Positions 10,068-20,831 are shown, counted from the first letter of the stretch. The stretch: DNA of 64,000 nt from Pelagomonas calceolata (GCA_918797485.1 CAKKNE010000001.1:4154001-4218000); one strand, 5' to 3'. Numbers and translations: made by a program. Notes: generated by a model from the sequence alone, not told the origin.

Positions 10068-10979
10068 ATGCTCGACGATGCGGTACACGTCCTCAATGGA
10101 GCGCATGAGAGGAAGAAAGTGGATCCCCAGGAAGTGGACGCGCCAGCGGAGCACTACGTGCGGCTGTTCTGGTTCACGCTCGCCTTCGGCATCGGCGACG
10201 CGGCCCTCTTCGCGGTCGCCACGGCGTACCTTAGCTACGCGGCGCTCAACGTGGACCTGCTGCTCATGGGTCCCTGCCTGAGCGTGTTTATGCTGTACAC
10301 CTTCGGCACCCTGGACTCGGAGGTCCACGGCCCGCGGGCCATCGGTCTCTGGGCCGCGCTGTGGCTCGTCCAGACGGTCATTATGGTCGTGAGCTACGCC
10401 GTTCGTGGCGAGGCATGGGCGCAGATCGCCTTCTGGGCGTTCTTCTTCCTGCTCAGCGCCACGGCGTTTGGGTGGCTCATGCACATGCTGCGCGAGGAGC
10501 TGCGGGCGCGGCACCGCGGCGCCCGGCTCGCGGTGGCGCGCGCGCTGACGGAGCGGCTCGTCAAGGTCGTGGGCCTCCAGATCGGCCTGCTTGTCGTCGG
10601 CGTCGTCCAGGGCGTCGCGAAAAGAGACTACCCGCGCGTCTACGCGACCGCGTGCTTCTCGCTGTCGCTGCTGATGGCGTGGTTCTTCGCGGTCGCCATC
10701 GACGAGGTCGCGGAGGTGGACGTACATGCTGCCGCGGCGCGCATGCGACTGCGGCCCATTGAAGCCGCCGCGCTATTTTTTTCTGGTTGTGTCGTTCTCT
10801 CGGGCCTAGGCCTGTACGTGATCTCGGAGCAGTCGAGCCCGCGGCGAGGCATCGCCCAGGCTGCAGGCAATGCGCTATTTCTCTCGATCATCCTCGCATA
10901 CTGCTGCATCATACGGATCGTGTGGGTCGCCCGGCGGAAGCGCCGGTCAAAAGTCAGCGATGACGACCCGCCGGCATAA
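10068..10979 (+). CDS. Multi-pass (~8 TM) membrane protein, tandem paralog 3
   Basis: Same motif set; ends RIVWVARRKRRSKVSDDDPPA. Confidence 0.8.
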   Translation: MLDDAVHVLNGAHERKKVDPQEVDAPAEHYVRLFWFTLAFGIGDAALFAVATAYLSYAALNVDLLLMGPCLSVFMLYTFGTLDSEVHGPRAIGLWAALWLVQTVIMVVSYAVRGEAWAQIAFWAFFFLLSATAFGWLMHMLREELRARHRGARLAVARALTERLVKVVGLQIGLLVVGVVQGVAKRDYPRVYATACFSLSLLMAWFFAVAIDEVAEVDVHAAAARMRLRPIEAAALFFSGCVVLSGLGLYVISEQSSPRRGIAQAAGNALFLSIILAYCCIIRIVWVARRKRRSKVSDDDPPA

Positions 10980-11026
10980 CTAGTAATGACGAAAAATCTC
11001 CCTTAGTCTTCGTAGGGGCAGGGCGC

Positions 11027-12409
11027 TCAGAGGACCCACTTCGAGAGGTCGAGCAGCTCGAGCCAGGAGGCGACCTTGTAGCCGCCGTCCGTGTACCAGT
11101 CCGCGAAGTCGTCGAACGCGACCAAGTCGTCGCCGCCCGCGTCGGCGAAGACGGCCGCCGCGAGCGCGACCGCCGCGTCGTCCGCGTCGTCGGCGACGTC
11201 CACCGCACATTCCGCGACGGCGGCGTCGCCCGCGGCGCCGTCGGGCAGCGACGCCACGGCTAAGAGGGTGGCGAGAAAGGATCGCACGTAGCGCCACAAT
11301 CCTCTACGGCTCAATGCCCCGTCCCACTTGTCCCCATCAGCAAATAGTTCCCAGGCCACCGCGAGCTTCGACGACTTGCTCCCGGCGCAGAGCAGACTGA
11401 GCCCGGCGGCCACCTCCGCGGCGTCGGCACCGAGCTGCTCGTCTCTAACAAAGGCGCCGTACAGGTAGTGGAGGAACGGCGCGTGTCTTTCGGCCGAGGC
11501 CTCGTCCGGCGCGAAGGCCGCGATTACCGAAGCGAAGGCCCGCCTGTCCAACCTACCCGCGGCCGTGGCGGCTCTCGCTGCATGGCCGCAGAGCACGGAC
11601 GCGTCGCAGTCGCCCAGACCACTGCCCATCACTAAATCTCGCAACCTCCCGACCGCTTGTAAAGAGAAGGCCGCCCGCAGCACTAACACTTGACCGTCGT
11701 CGTCCTGCGTCGTGCCATCATCGGTCGCGACCTCGAAGGCCACAACCGCCCGCGACGCCGTCTCCTCCTCGTCGTCCTCCTCTTCGTCAGACTCGTCCTG
11801 CAGCTCGCCTCTTCCATCCACGGGCCACTTCGTCAAATCCAACAACTCCAGCCACGGCGCCAATTCAAAGCCCCTAGAGTTGTACCAGTTCCCGAAGTCG
11901 TCAAAAGTGATCTCGTTTTGGTCTTCGGCGTTCGCGCAGACGTCCTCGGCCAGCGAGGCCGCCTCGCGGTTGATCGCTTGGCTGATGTCCGTCGCGTCGG
12001 TGGCGAAGGCGATGGACGCCAGAGCCGCTCTTAACAATCTAGCAACGCCGTTCAGGTCGAGCGCGTCCGGGCCCAGGACCTCGAAGGCCGCCGCGAGCTT
12101 TTCCGACTTTCTCGCTCCAGACAATAACGCGGCGGCGACTCTCAGTTCACCACCATCACCTCTGCCATCACTCGGGTCCTGCAACGCGTCAAAGACGTCA
12201 TTCAAATAGGCCTGGGCGTCGCCGTTGCCCCCGCCTCCCCCAGAACACGCTCGTAACCAGACACCTCGAGCGACTCGGTCCGGGAAGTCCGCGCCGATCT
12301 CATGCGGCCTGGCTTCCAGTAAGCCCGAGGTGACGGCCACTAATCGTACTCTACCGGTGTCCGGCGGCGCCACCTCTAAGGCTAAGCCGGAGATGTCGAA
12401 GGCGAACAT
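11027..12409 (-). CDS. Protein with two copies of an EF-hand-like domain
   Basis: Internal duplication: LL(S/C)..(R/S)KS.KLA.A(F/W)E ... FDDF..WY...G...A.WLELLDL.KW occurs twice. ATG at 12409. Confidence 0.75.
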   Translation of the reverse strand: MFAFDISGLALEVAPPDTGRVRLVAVTSGLLEARPHEIGADFPDRVARGVWLRACSGGGGGNGDAQAYLNDVFDALQDPSDGRGDGGELRVAAALLSGARKSEKLAAAFEVLGPDALDLNGVARLLRAALASIAFATDATDISQAINREAASLAEDVCANAEDQNEITFDDFGNWYNSRGFELAPWLELLDLTKWPVDGRGELQDESDEEEDDEEETASRAVVAFEVATDDGTTQDDDGQVLVLRAAFSLQAVGRLRDLVMGSGLGDCDASVLCGHAARAATAAGRLDRRAFASVIAAFAPDEASAERHAPFLHYLYGAFVRDEQLGADAAEVAAGLSLLCAGSKSSKLAVAWELFADGDKWDGALSRRGLWRYVRSFLATLLAVASLPDGAAGDAAVAECAVDVADDADDAAVALAAAVFADAGGDDLVAFDDFADWYTDGGYKVASWLELLDLSKWVL

Positions 12410-13484
12410 TGTTTTTTGCTGCTGCTTTGGTCTGTGGTGCGTCCGCGCGCGCACGATTGGGCTGGGAGGGGCTGCAGCTATGCGGCAGCTCCTGACGGCT
12501 GGGGGGCACTGATTTCCGTGCGGCTTTCGATGGTTCGCACTTGAAGGAGTGCAGACAACTGTCCACTGCTCGGATTTTCAAATTTGTGCGCAGCGGCGGC
12601 GATTTTAGCAAGCCAAGCTCCAGAGTTTAAACAAGCCATTTTTTTTTTTTGCTAAATTGGTTCCCGCACGGGTCTACTTTGAGCGACGACCCATCCAATC
12701 CACCCGTCCCCAGCGTTCCAGGCCTAAAGAGAGCGCGATCCCTAGCTGAAAAGTCGGCGCGACGCGGCCCACGTGCCCTCGCGCCGCGGAGGCTCCCAAC
12801 AAAGCACGCGCGCCGACCGGAAGGAAGAAAACACCCCGGAAGCCCGCCGCCGCGACACATACGAATAGCACAGGCACTTACAAGGGGATGCGCGCGCGCC
12901 GGCGGTCAACGCGCGGCGACGGCGTCGGCGACCGCCCGCCGCGCGAAGCCTGCGGCGAAGGTGGCGACTGAGATACCTTCGTCGCGTCCCGCTTCTTCGG
13001 ACCGCGCCGCGCCCGCGCGCGCGTCGACGTGCTTTGCTATGGCAGTGGCCCTTCTTTGTGCCTGCTCAAAGCGCCGGCGCGGCGTGCACACGTTGCCGTT
13101 GTTGGCGTCCTCCATCCGCCGGGCTGCCCCCCCCTTCTGCGCCGTCGCTGCGACGACGTACAGGCCAAGAGAAGGCGCAAGCCTCGCAAAGGTTCAATGA
13201 TGGCACCGTGCGAAATCCTCGAAGACACCGCTATGCATTCATCAGAGGCGCCCCCCCAGACGCTGCCGACCGCCAGCAGAAATGACAAAGATTCTGACTC
13301 AGTTGACGAACACGGGCTTTCTCCAGACTGTATCTCTGTTTAAGAGCAAGTACGTGTGTGTGAAAGACGCGGCGCGGGCCGCCGCGGACTCGCGCAGCGG
13401 CTCTCCCATCATAGCACAAGGCCCGCCGGGCCTGGCGGGCACCCCATGGGTGCGCGCGCCGGCTGCCCCCCGCCGCATCTGGCC

Positions 13485-14030
13485 ATGGAACAATGCTACC
13501 ATTACGGCACGCCCGTGCCGACGATCACGCCGTCGCCCATGCGCGCCTGGTCGAGCCTCGAGGACGAGCGCCTGGCCTGGCTCGTCGAGACGCGCCAGCC
13601 CGAGCAGCTGTTTCGGGAAGCGCTGCCGGGCCGGAGCGACGCCGAGTGCCGCGACCGCTGGGCGCGCGTCGTCCACCCCCTGCGGGACTACAAGGCCAAG
13701 GACGTCGCGGCTCTACTCAGTAAGCAGGTCAAGGTCGTCGCCGGCCTGACCTGCGAGATCAATAGACTGAGAACTAGGCTCGACGAGTACGCCGGCGTGG
13801 CGGCGGCGGCGGCGGCGCCGCCGCCGGCGCCGGGGCCGGAGGACGTCGCTCCGACGAGCGAGGAGGACGACGAGCCGCCCTGGTCCTGGTCGTCGCCGCC
13901 GCCGCCGCCCTCGCCGGGTCTATTTGAGCGGGCCGGCCTGCTGAAGACGCCGCCCGACCTGACGCGCGACCTGCCCGGCGGCTCGCCCTTCACGTTCCCC
14001 GTCGGCCTCGATGGTCAAAACGGCCTCTGA
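13485..14030 (+). CDS. Single-repeat Myb/SANT domain protein
   Basis: WSSLEDERL...LPGRSDAECRDRWARVVHP matches the Myb repeat pattern, followed by a short coiled coil and a Pro-rich tail. Confidence 0.7.
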   Translation: MEQCYHYGTPVPTITPSPMRAWSSLEDERLAWLVETRQPEQLFREALPGRSDAECRDRWARVVHPLRDYKAKDVAALLSKQVKVVAGLTCEINRLRTRLDEYAGVAAAAAAPPPAPGPEDVAPTSEEDDEPPWSWSSPPPPPSPGLFERAGLLKTPPDLTRDLPGGSPFTFPVGLDGQNGL

Positions 14031-14486
14031 TGACGGCGCCCCACGTTGCTTCCCAATCGTCAATATAATCGTTGTTGTTATCAATACTCGTCCGTCACGG
14101 TGTCTTTTCTTAGAGCGAGGCCGCCTAGCCGCGGAGCCGACGCCCCTCCAGACGCCGTCGCCCCGAGTGTTAGCTCGGAGGCGACGGCGGCGGCACGATC
14201 ACGAAAGTCAAGATCCCCTTCCCCTGTTCCTGCACACAGCGACGCGGCGCCATGACGCCCGGCGACGGCTCCCGGGGAGCTGCCGCCGGGCCGAGGATAT
14301 CCACCCCGGCTACAAGTCCTGCCGGGGCCGCCCGTCCACCACAGTTGCACACACGACCCTCCCCCCGCACGTCCGATGGAGAACGCTCTGAGATGGCCTG
14401 GCTTTTTTGTACGCCACGGCCCTTGCCAAGTTGAAGTGCCTAACCGTTGTACATACCCATCTTCTTGGGTCTTAGGCCCTTGTGGC

Positions 14487-15833
14487 CTACGGCGTGCGCG
14501 GCGGGGGCGGCGGCAGGACGACGTCCGACGTCGGACTCTCGACGCCGACCGGCGACGCCTGCTGCCGCGCGCGTTTCGGCTCCGGCGTCGGCGGCGCGCC
14601 GGGGAACAGCTTGCGCAGATCGCGGACGAGCACCGCGAGCGCGGCCGCCGCGTCGCGGTCGAGCGCTCCCGATCTAGCCTGGACGACAGCCAACGCCTCG
14701 AGGAGCTTGGCGAGCGCCGTCGGCGCGACGGCCGCGCCGGTCAGCGCGGCGAGGGCTTTAGCGCGCCCGGCCTCGCGCCGCGCCACGCAGGCCAGCGGCA
14801 CGGCGCAGTGCGCGGCCTCGAGGACGTCCTCGACGCGCCAGTCGTCCGAATCATCCTCGAAACCGATCGTTTTGAGTAAGGAAGCGAGGCGCGCCGCGAG
14901 GGGCGCGCACTCGAAGCGCCGGCAGTTCTCCAAGTCGACCTCGAGGCAGTTGGCCAGCGCCGTCAGCGCGAGGAGCCGCGCGTCGAAGGCGCCTTCCGTG
15001 GACACGGCCGTTAATGCAGAGAGGCCCCCGTCGGCGCCCACGAGTTTTGTTGACGGCGGGTGGAGGTGCGTCGCGTCGACCACCACGCGCAGCGCCGCGT
15101 CCGACGTTCGGATCAAACGGAGCGCCCGCGGCAGCAGCGCCGTCTCCCTTAATCTCGAGACGTTCGGCGGGCAGCCCGCGCACGCCGCCGCCGCGGCCTC
15201 GAGGCCTGCGTCCGTCCCGAGCGCCGCGAGCGCCTCGACGCCGCCCGCGTCGCCGAAGGCGAGCCTCGCGGCGCCGCGGTCGTCGACGGGCCGCGCGCCG
15301 TAGTAGCCGCCCTCGCGCGCGCGGCCCCGCGTGCGCAGGGCGAGCTCCGCCAGGAGGCCCGCCGCCTGCCGTATAGATGAAGACGGCTGCGCCGCGAGGC
15401 ACCGCGCGAGCTCGGCCGACGGCGCGTCGTCGTCGACGGCGGCGGCTTGCTCGGCAGCCCCGCCCGCGAAGAAGCCGCGGCGCCGGCGGCGCTTGCTCGG
15501 CGACGGCCGCGGCGCGGGCGCCGGCGCGTTGCGGAGCAGCTCGGCGACGGCCGCGATTTCCGCGCGCGACCGCGGCGCGGCGGCGGCGCACGCGCGGCTC
15601 GCGAGGACCGCGCAGAGCGTCGCCGCGTGGGCGAGCGTCGCGTCGCCGGCGCCGCGCGCCGCGAGGGCCGCCGGCGCGAGCGCGCGCAGCGCCGGCGCGT
15701 GCGCGCGCGCGAGCTCGGGCCCCGTCGCCGACGCGAGGCACTCGGCGAGCTGCGCCGCCGCGCGCGCGGCGGCGAGGCCGCCCGTGGCGCTCGCGAGGGC
15801 GTCGAGGAGGTAGGGGATGTCCGCCTCGTCCAT
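14487..15833 (-). CDS. WAPL-like (cohesin release factor) ARM/HEAT-repeat protein
   Basis: N-terminal 'DIPYLLDALAS..LAECL', 'LRVVVDATH' and 'LLALTALANCLEVDLENCRRF' resemble conserved WAPL-domain blocks. Highly diverged and Ala-rich. Confidence 0.5.
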   Translation of the reverse strand: MDEADIPYLLDALASATGGLAAARAAAQLAECLASATGPELARAHAPALRALAPAALAARGAGDATLAHAATLCAVLASRACAAAAPRSRAEIAAVAELLRNAPAPAPRPSPSKRRRRRGFFAGGAAEQAAAVDDDAPSAELARCLAAQPSSSIRQAAGLLAELALRTRGRAREGGYYGARPVDDRGAARLAFGDAGGVEALAALGTDAGLEAAAAACAGCPPNVSRLRETALLPRALRLIRTSDAALRVVVDATHLHPPSTKLVGADGGLSALTAVSTEGAFDARLLALTALANCLEVDLENCRRFECAPLAARLASLLKTIGFEDDSDDWRVEDVLEAAHCAVPLACVARREAGRAKALAALTGAAVAPTALAKLLEALAVVQARSGALDRDAAAALAVLVRDLRKLFPGAPPTPEPKRARQQASPVGVESPTSDVVLPPPPPRTP

Positions 15834-16269
15834 ACTTTTTCTGGTCGCTGCCGGTCACTTTGTAGAGGGCCTCGTCGAGCTCCGAGTGTTGCGCGACGAT
15901 CTATGCGGCGTAGTCTCCGCTGCAGGGTTGGCGCCCAGCCGAATTTGAATATATGCTGCAGTGACGGGACAGGGAAGCGCTGCAAGGCACACAGCGACAG
16001 CCAAGGGGTCTATTGCGCTGCCGTTGCGCGCAGGAGAGCGCCGCGGGTGCACGTCGCGCGGGGCACGGCTGAGAGCGGCGCTTATCGAGAGCCTTCGGGT
16101 TTTGCGTCGAGCCTTCCGAGAGCGATACTCGAGCCTCTGGAACCTCCGGAGTAGCAGTGGACTGAGGCAGGGCCGCGGCGTTCTCGCGAGAGCCACCAGG
16201 ATACGCCGGCCGCGGCCCGTCGTCCGTTTAAAAAACACAAACTGTTAGGGAAAACACCGGGGGGGGGGT

Positions 16270-17187
16270 TCACAGCATCGTCGCGTTCGCCTCGTTGACG
16301 ACCTTGGCCTGCGGCTCCTGCACCGTCGCCATCACCGGCGCCGGGACCATCTGCGGCGGCTGGCCGGGCTGGGCCTGATACGGCTGCATGCCCGCGGGCA
16401 GCGGCACCGCCGCGACGATGGGCGGCATCTGCCGCATCTCGATCGACGGGTTCACGCGCTCGGGCTCCTTCGCCTGGACGGCGACGCCCGCGAGCGCCGC
16501 CGCGGGCACGAGGAGGAAGAGGATGACGACGACGCACGTCCGGATCAAAAACTGTTCGAGGAACTGCGTGATGGTATAGCAGTCGCTGCGGTCGCCGCAC
16601 TGGTCCTTGTGGTGGTCGCTAAACGGGTTGCAGTAGTCGGTGCAGGCCTTCTTCGTGCAGAACGCGCGACAAAGGTATTTGTCGTCGTCGCGGTCGCAGC
16701 CCCAGTTGTGCCACTTCGGAGCGTACAGTTTGCCGCCGCAGGTGTTGTCGTTCAGCACTTGTTCGACCGGGTCCGGATCGTCGACGCACTGGTAGAACTC
16801 TTGGTTCTCCTTGGGGCAGCTGAAGAGGACACTCAAGTCGCACTCCCTCGACTCCGCGCAGTTGTCCTCGATCGCGCCGTCCTTGGCGGCGAGGACGGCG
16901 ACGAAGCAGACGACGCCGCAGAGGACGACGTACGCGGCCAGGGCCTGCCCCAGGCGCCTCAGGGGAAAGCCTCCCTCGCCGCAGCACCGGCAGGCGTAAA
17001 CCGACGTCGCCACGAGGACCCCGATCGTCCCCACGAAGTGATAGGTCATGATCCAGTAGTACGCGTGAATATCTGTTGCGATGACCATCGCGTAGATGTT
17101 GGCCATGAAGACGATGATCGAGAGGACGAGGACCGCGACCGTCGCGGCGCGGCCCTCGCCCTCGCAGCAGCCCGCTTGCTCGGCCAT
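16270..17187 (-). CDS. 4-TM membrane protein with a large Cys-rich loop and Pro/Gln-rich tail
   Basis: Three N-terminal TM segments, a ~100-aa loop with about a dozen Cys, a fourth TM, then a PQ-rich C-terminus. Tetraspanin-like topology but no CCG motif in the loop. Confidence 0.75.
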   Translation of the reverse strand: MAEQAGCCEGEGRAATVAVLVLSIIVFMANIYAMVIATDIHAYYWIMTYHFVGTIGVLVATSVYACRCCGEGGFPLRRLGQALAAYVVLCGVVCFVAVLAAKDGAIEDNCAESRECDLSVLFSCPKENQEFYQCVDDPDPVEQVLNDNTCGGKLYAPKWHNWGCDRDDDKYLCRAFCTKKACTDYCNPFSDHHKDQCGDRSDCYTITQFLEQFLIRTCVVVILFLLVPAAALAGVAVQAKEPERVNPSIEMRQMPPIVAAVPLPAGMQPYQAQPGQPPQMVPAPVMATVQEPQAKVVNEANATML

Positions 17188-17188
17188 C

Positions 17189-17226
17189 GGTGTGAGTGCC
17201 AGTAGTGGTGTGAGTGCCAGTAGTGG
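17189..17226. repeat. 18-bp perfect tandem duplication immediately upstream of the 17187 ATG
   Basis: GGTGTGAGTGCCAGTAGT x2 plus GG. Confidence 0.85.
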
Positions 17227-17544
17227 CTGCCCCAGGAGTGTAGCCGGTACACGCTGCCTGGCGAGGCTGTCTGGTGCTCCGCGCCGTCGACGCGATGCGT
17301 TCTGCGTTGGCGTTCACCACGCCTCCGTGTTCTTTCCACACTGCTCCAGCACAGAGTGGTTTTATGCTGGCGCTGCTGGCTTGGCAGCTCAAAAGCGTGC
17401 TGCAGTCTAGCCCGCATGCATGCTTCTGTAGGTATCGCAGGGCTGCCGGGAGTCCTGGCTGTCACCTGGTACCGAGTCCACGCCCATCTATGGCCCCGCG
17501 CGGCGCTCTCAATGCATGCCATCTCTGATTGGAAACAGCACAAT

Positions 17545-18498
17545 ATGGCATCGCAGGGCAGCCCCGCGCCGCTCGCGTCCGAGCTGCGTGTCGCGTTGGG
17601 TAGGCTGAGGTATGCCAGGGCGAAGCACCAGTCGGAAAGGGCTGCCTGGGAGGTCGCAGGGCCGTCCGCGGGTGCCCTCTTCGAGGCGGCGCTCACCGAT
17701 CTCGCGCGCGAGCGCGATGACCTGCACGCGCTCGTCGACCGGCACTATGAAGCCTGCCGCGCGGAGCTGCTGGCCTCGCGCGACGACGCCGACGAGGACG
17801 CCGGCGCGGCGGCGGCGCTGGACGCGATCGACCGCCAGTGCCGCCTCGTGGACCAGACGGCGGGGGCCATCCAGGAGACGCTCGGCGGCGACGTCGCCGC
17901 CGCCGCGCCGCGGCTCCTGGCGCGCGCCGACGACGTCCTCGGCGCGTCGCGGCGGCTCTCGGAGCGCGCGGCGTCCGCGGCGCCGACGCCTTCGTTGCGC
18001 GACGTCGGGCGCCGGCGGGGCGTCGGCGACCGGCTGCGGGCGTACCTCGGCGCCGAGGCGTCGCCGGCGCGCCAAGACGCGCCGCCGCCGCCGCCGCCGT
18101 CGCCGCCGAGCAGCCCCTTCGGCGGCGACGTCGAGCGCCTGGTTGCGTCCCTCCGCGACGAAGTACTGTCGATCCGCGACGAGGTCCGCGCGCGAGACGC
18201 CTCATCGCCGCCGCCGGCACGCCCCGCGGCGGCCGACGCGCCGCCGCGGACGCCCCTCGCCCCGCAGAGCCGGCCGTCGCCCACGGGCGACGCGCTCGCG
18301 GCGGCGGACCGCGCGCTCGCCGGTGGCAGGGAGGCACCGCCGCTCTCGCCGCTCACGGACGACCGCTACGCGGACCTCCTGGCGTTGTCGCTCCGCGACG
18401 TCGAGGCCTCCGCCGCGCGGTCGTCGCGGCGGCGCGGCTTGCTCTCGAGCCCGGAGGAGGCGGCGGCGGCCCTGGATAGGCTCGACCGACGTTATTAA
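17545..18498 (+). CDS. Hypothetical coiled-coil protein
   Basis: ATG 17545, GC3-rich codon pattern, helical N-half and Pro-rich C-half. Confidence 0.65.
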   Translation: MASQGSPAPLASELRVALGRLRYARAKHQSERAAWEVAGPSAGALFEAALTDLARERDDLHALVDRHYEACRAELLASRDDADEDAGAAAALDAIDRQCRLVDQTAGAIQETLGGDVAAAAPRLLARADDVLGASRRLSERAASAAPTPSLRDVGRRRGVGDRLRAYLGAEASPARQDAPPPPPPSPPSSPFGGDVERLVASLRDEVLSIRDEVRARDASSPPPARPAAADAPPRTPLAPQSRPSPTGDALAAADRALAGGREAPPLSPLTDDRYADLLALSLRDVEASAARSSRRRGLLSSPEEAAAALDRLDRRY

Positions 18499-18576
18499 GA
18501 ACATTTAGTTTACACAAGCCTACCTCCGTCGCATTTGCGGCATTTCCATGCGCACGCCATCGCCGCGGTCGCGGCT

Positions 18577-19479
18577 CTACCCTTTGTGCTGCCGCGGGTT
18601 GATGCGGATCGTCATCTTCCCCGTCTCGCCGTTCTGGAGGCCCTCGCCGACGGCCGTCTTGCAGGCGAGGCGGAAGCGCGGCTGGCGGAGCGTCTTCATG
18701 ATTTGCCGCTCGGAGGCCTTCTGGGGCGAGAGCATCTCGGCCCCTGCAAGGACCGCCACAGCGCACGTGCAGCAGGCGCCGCCGGAGCCGCAGTCGCCCC
18801 CGACATCATTATCGTCGAAGCGCCGCGCGAGGGGGTCGTTCAGGGCCACTCGCCGCGTGAGCATGGCTCGGCGCAAGTTCTCGCCCGCGAAGAGTCGGAG
18901 GACCTGATCTGGTTGTTCACCGTTGGGGTGCTTGACCGTCACGTCGACCACAGGCCGCTTCACCAGCCGCTTCACGACGAGCTCCACCTGGTCGCCCTCG
19001 ACGCGGCCCAGAGCATCCACGGTGTCGTCCCAGGTCTTGGCCTCGACGCTCTCGAAGGGGCCGCCCGGCTGTCCGACGAACGCAATAACATCACCCTTCT
19101 GCAGCGCCGAGTCGGCCGCCGACGAGCCGGCAACCGTGCCGTCCACCACTACAATACCAACGCCCTCATTGTTGTTGGCAACCTCGAGCAATTCGATGCC
19201 GAGGCCGGGACTCCGCGTCAAAATGATTCCGTCCACAGTCTCGGTGCCGTAGGTCCGCGGGTCTTGCGGGGAGAAGAGGAGGCCGCCGACCTTGATCGCC
19301 GTGCTCTCCTCGACGCAGACGCCCCACTGCGCATATACCTCATTCAGCGTTTCGAGGCCTAGGGCGATGCATTCCTCGGATTCTGCAGCCAGTTGCAGCC
19401 GTGTAGTCCTAGCCGGGCGTGGCGCTTGCAGGGCGGTGCAAGCAGTGCATGCCAACGAGAGCGCTAATAGGCGCTGCAT
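18577..19479 (-). CDS. Plastid-targeted PDZ + 2Fe-2S ferredoxin-domain protein
   Basis: Signal+transit leader (MQRLLALSLACTACTALQAP..). PDZ motifs GLGIEL, GSSAADSALQKGDVI. Ferredoxin motif CGSGGACCTC ... RLACKT. Confidence 0.85.
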   Translation of the reverse strand: MQRLLALSLACTACTALQAPRPARTTRLQLAAESEECIALGLETLNEVYAQWGVCVEESTAIKVGGLLFSPQDPRTYGTETVDGIILTRSPGLGIELLEVANNNEGVGIVVVDGTVAGSSAADSALQKGDVIAFVGQPGGPFESVEAKTWDDTVDALGRVEGDQVELVVKRLVKRPVVDVTVKHPNGEQPDQVLRLFAGENLRRAMLTRRVALNDPLARRFDDNDVGGDCGSGGACCTCAVAVLAGAEMLSPQKASERQIMKTLRQPRFRLACKTAVGEGLQNGETGKMTIRINPRQHKG

Positions 19480-19655
19480 GCTAGCTTTTTGCAATCAGTA
19501 GGGCGGCAGTTGATGTAGAAAGTCGATGCGTCGCTGCACCACAGTCTTCGTCGATTTCGAGCAGGTTTGTGGGCTGGGCAAGGCGTCTGACGATGTCTAG
19601 CTCCAGTAACACACTAGGCCAAATTTCGAGCATTGGCAACACACACAAACTCTTA

Positions 19656-20399
19656 CTAGAGGTCCTGTTTCGCCTTGACAAGAAGCTCCACCGTCCGCTC
19701 CGAGTCGGGGAGCACGAACAGCTTCCCCGCGAGCGCGCGGTACGCGTCGTAGTGCTCGTGGGCGTGGCCGCTCGCCGTCTCGCCGCGGCCCGCCCGCTGC
19801 ACGGCCACGCGCCGGTAGGCCTCGGCGTCCGCTTTTTCATACACCCCATGCCTCCCGGGCCCGAGCGCGATGGCCCGCCGGTTGTGCACGACGGCCTCCC
19901 GGGAGTTGCCGGTCACATCATAAACCTGGGCTAAATTCCGGTGCGCCGCGGCGTCGTCCGGCCGCAGCTTCACGGCCTCCAACGCGTGCTCGAGGGCCTT
20001 CTCGTAGCGGCCCCGCGCCGCGTACACGGCAGCAATATTCTTGTGCGCGAGAAAGTTGTCCGCGTCGACCCGCAAAATGTAGGTGAACTCCTTCAACGCC
20101 CGCGCCCAGTGCTCCCGGCCCCGCTTGAAGATTGCCAAGGCCAAGTCGTTGCGCACATTCAAATTCTCGGGGTTCGCCTTGGCGGCGAACTGCAGCCGCC
20201 GCAGCGCCTCGTCGTGGTCCCCGAGCTCCTGGAGGATGGGGGCTAGCGAATGGTGGTTCGGGCCGGCCATCGGGTCCCGCGCTATGCGGCCTTCGAGGTA
20301 CTGCGCGGCCTCGTTTCGCAGCTGGGCCTGCTGGCGCTCGCGCCAGATCTTCTCCTGCATCTCTCTCAGTTCCCGCATGCGTTGGGCCGGGTCGGACAT
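19656..20399 (-). CDS. TPR-repeat protein
   Basis: Successive TPR units (AHKNIAAVYAARGRYEKALEHALEAVKLRPDDAAAHRNLAQVY). Confidence 0.85.
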   Translation of the reverse strand: MSDPAQRMRELREMQEKIWRERQQAQLRNEAAQYLEGRIARDPMAGPNHHSLAPILQELGDHDEALRRLQFAAKANPENLNVRNDLALAIFKRGREHWARALKEFTYILRVDADNFLAHKNIAAVYAARGRYEKALEHALEAVKLRPDDAAAHRNLAQVYDVTGNSREAVVHNRRAIALGPGRHGVYEKADAEAYRRVAVQRAGRGETASGHAHEHYDAYRALAGKLFVLPDSERTVELLVKAKQDL

Positions 20400-20485
20400 G
20401 GTCTATGATGGCGTTTTCTCGGCTGATTTAGGTCGTGGGGCAGTGTAGATGGGGCTGCCCCTTGTGTGCCACTCCGGATCTAGGT

Positions 20486-20545
20486 CCGATACGCAGTGAT
20501 CCTGCGCGTGTCGGGCCGACACGCAGTGATCCCGCGCGTGTCTGA
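20486..20545. repeat. 30-bp tandem duplication of a hairpin-forming unit
   Basis: CCGATACGCAGTGATCCTGCGCGTGTCGGG / CCGACACGCAGTGATCCCGCGCGTGTCTGA. Each unit has CCGA(C/T)ACGC ... GCGTGTC(GG) inverted arms. Confidence 0.8.
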
Positions 20546-20831
20546 CGGCCTGTTTGGGGCCGAGGGATGGGCCTACAGCGGAGCTTTTGTTGCAGCGCCG
20601 CTTTGCTAGTATCTTACACGCTAAGCTCGGTCGCATAATTTTGCAAAGTCGGCAGCGCGACGCGGTTTCGCGCCGTGCCGCGAAGCTGTTGCACCGTAGC
20701 GGTACTCAGCAGCGAGCTGTGTTGCAGGACAAGCAGCGGTGCAAGCCAAAGCTTGCGCGCGGCGGCCAGCATCACTGATTTCCTGGCAAAGCCAGCGCGC
20801 AACAGGCGCAGCAAACCGACGAGGTAGGACC

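Noticed and set aside
12627..13480. Several short ORFs, including 12906-13115 (-)
   Set aside because: No motifs, short and mutually overlapping. Treated as intergenic or unresolved.
14482..18508. Many long overlapping Arg/Ala/Pro-rich ORFs on alternative frames
   Set aside because: Expected stop-codon scarcity at very high GC. One frame per locus has protein-like composition.
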